A DNA stretch of 64,000 bases. Source: Negaprion brevirostris (lineage: Eukaryota). Shown one piece after another: positions 63,536-64,000 of this stretch. Within the stretch, counting starts at the first letter, position 1, and every line of letters starts with the position of its first letter. The position numbers and the translations under genes are program-made. A model generated the notes under the pieces. It searched no databases, had not been told where the DNA came from, and saw only the letters and a list, made by a program, of their open reading frames with translations. The stretch is from the NCBI GenBank assembly GCA_030324005.1, contig JARDVH010000084.1, positions 92,031,849 to 92,095,848 on the forward strand, written 5' to 3'.

Positions 63536-64000
63536 ACTTAATTTTATTCAAGAACCGTCTCTTCTGACTGTTAAATACGCAATCACCGCATTCCAACAAG
63601 TTGAGCAAACGAAATGGCGTTAAAAGAATGATAAGAGATCAAGGAATGGTTAAAAATGGATGTCAAATGTCATCACCTGTTTGATTTATGGGAGCTATGT
63701 GTTAATATAGTTAATGCGGGCCTCAATAGCCGAAAGAAGAATCGCATCCGGTCTTATGCAACCAACAGCATTATGAATGAATGGTTCCCTAGTTAACGCA
63801 GAAATTCAACGGAAGAGACAAAATGGGCGTTCTAATTGTTAAAGTGCGGTTGAGGTAGGATTGGGTGCAGGTTCGAATACAGAACCAGATGGAACTTATT
63901 CAGAAACAATCTATGGGGATACTGAAACAGCATGTTCATCTCTCTGATGCATCACAACAAGCTACACTAATCACCGATACCTAGAATGATTTTCAGAAGG

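Noticed and set aside
1-64000. CRISPR array, operons or prokaryotic defence systems
   Set aside because: No regularly spaced repeat-spacer array or dense ORFs; the sequence is vertebrate-type intronic DNA.

Overview
This is eukaryotic, repeat-rich genomic DNA from a gapped scaffold, not prokaryotic DNA. The HE1/V-SINE-type SINEs and CR1/HER1-type LINEs point to a cartilaginous fish (inference from recalled repeat consensus; no database search was run). Nearly all recognisable ORFs in the supplied track are transposon remnants or N-run artefacts: several CR1 LINEs, a nested Rex1/Babar-type fragment, a decayed Harbinger/PIF transposase, a probable Harbinger Myb/SANT remnant, MITEs and SINEs. 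The main observation is invisible to the ORF track. A minus-strand gene appears to span the whole window and is built from symmetric phase-1 microexons of 27-36 nt. They form a recurring three-exon cassette (36 nt, 27 nt, then a ~125-155 nt intron, then 27 nt), seen about eight times. Spliced in silico, the exons give an open, E/K/L/R-rich coiled-coil-like peptide with a ~30-residue period. Two 36-nt exons (DLLNLSKELRET and DLLNLSKELKNT) differ mostly at synonymous sites. Several cassette slots look decayed or carry stop codons. I cannot name the gene, its 5' end probably lies beyond base 64000, and all exon calls are by-eye splice-site predictions that need RNA evidence. Repeat boundaries are approximate.
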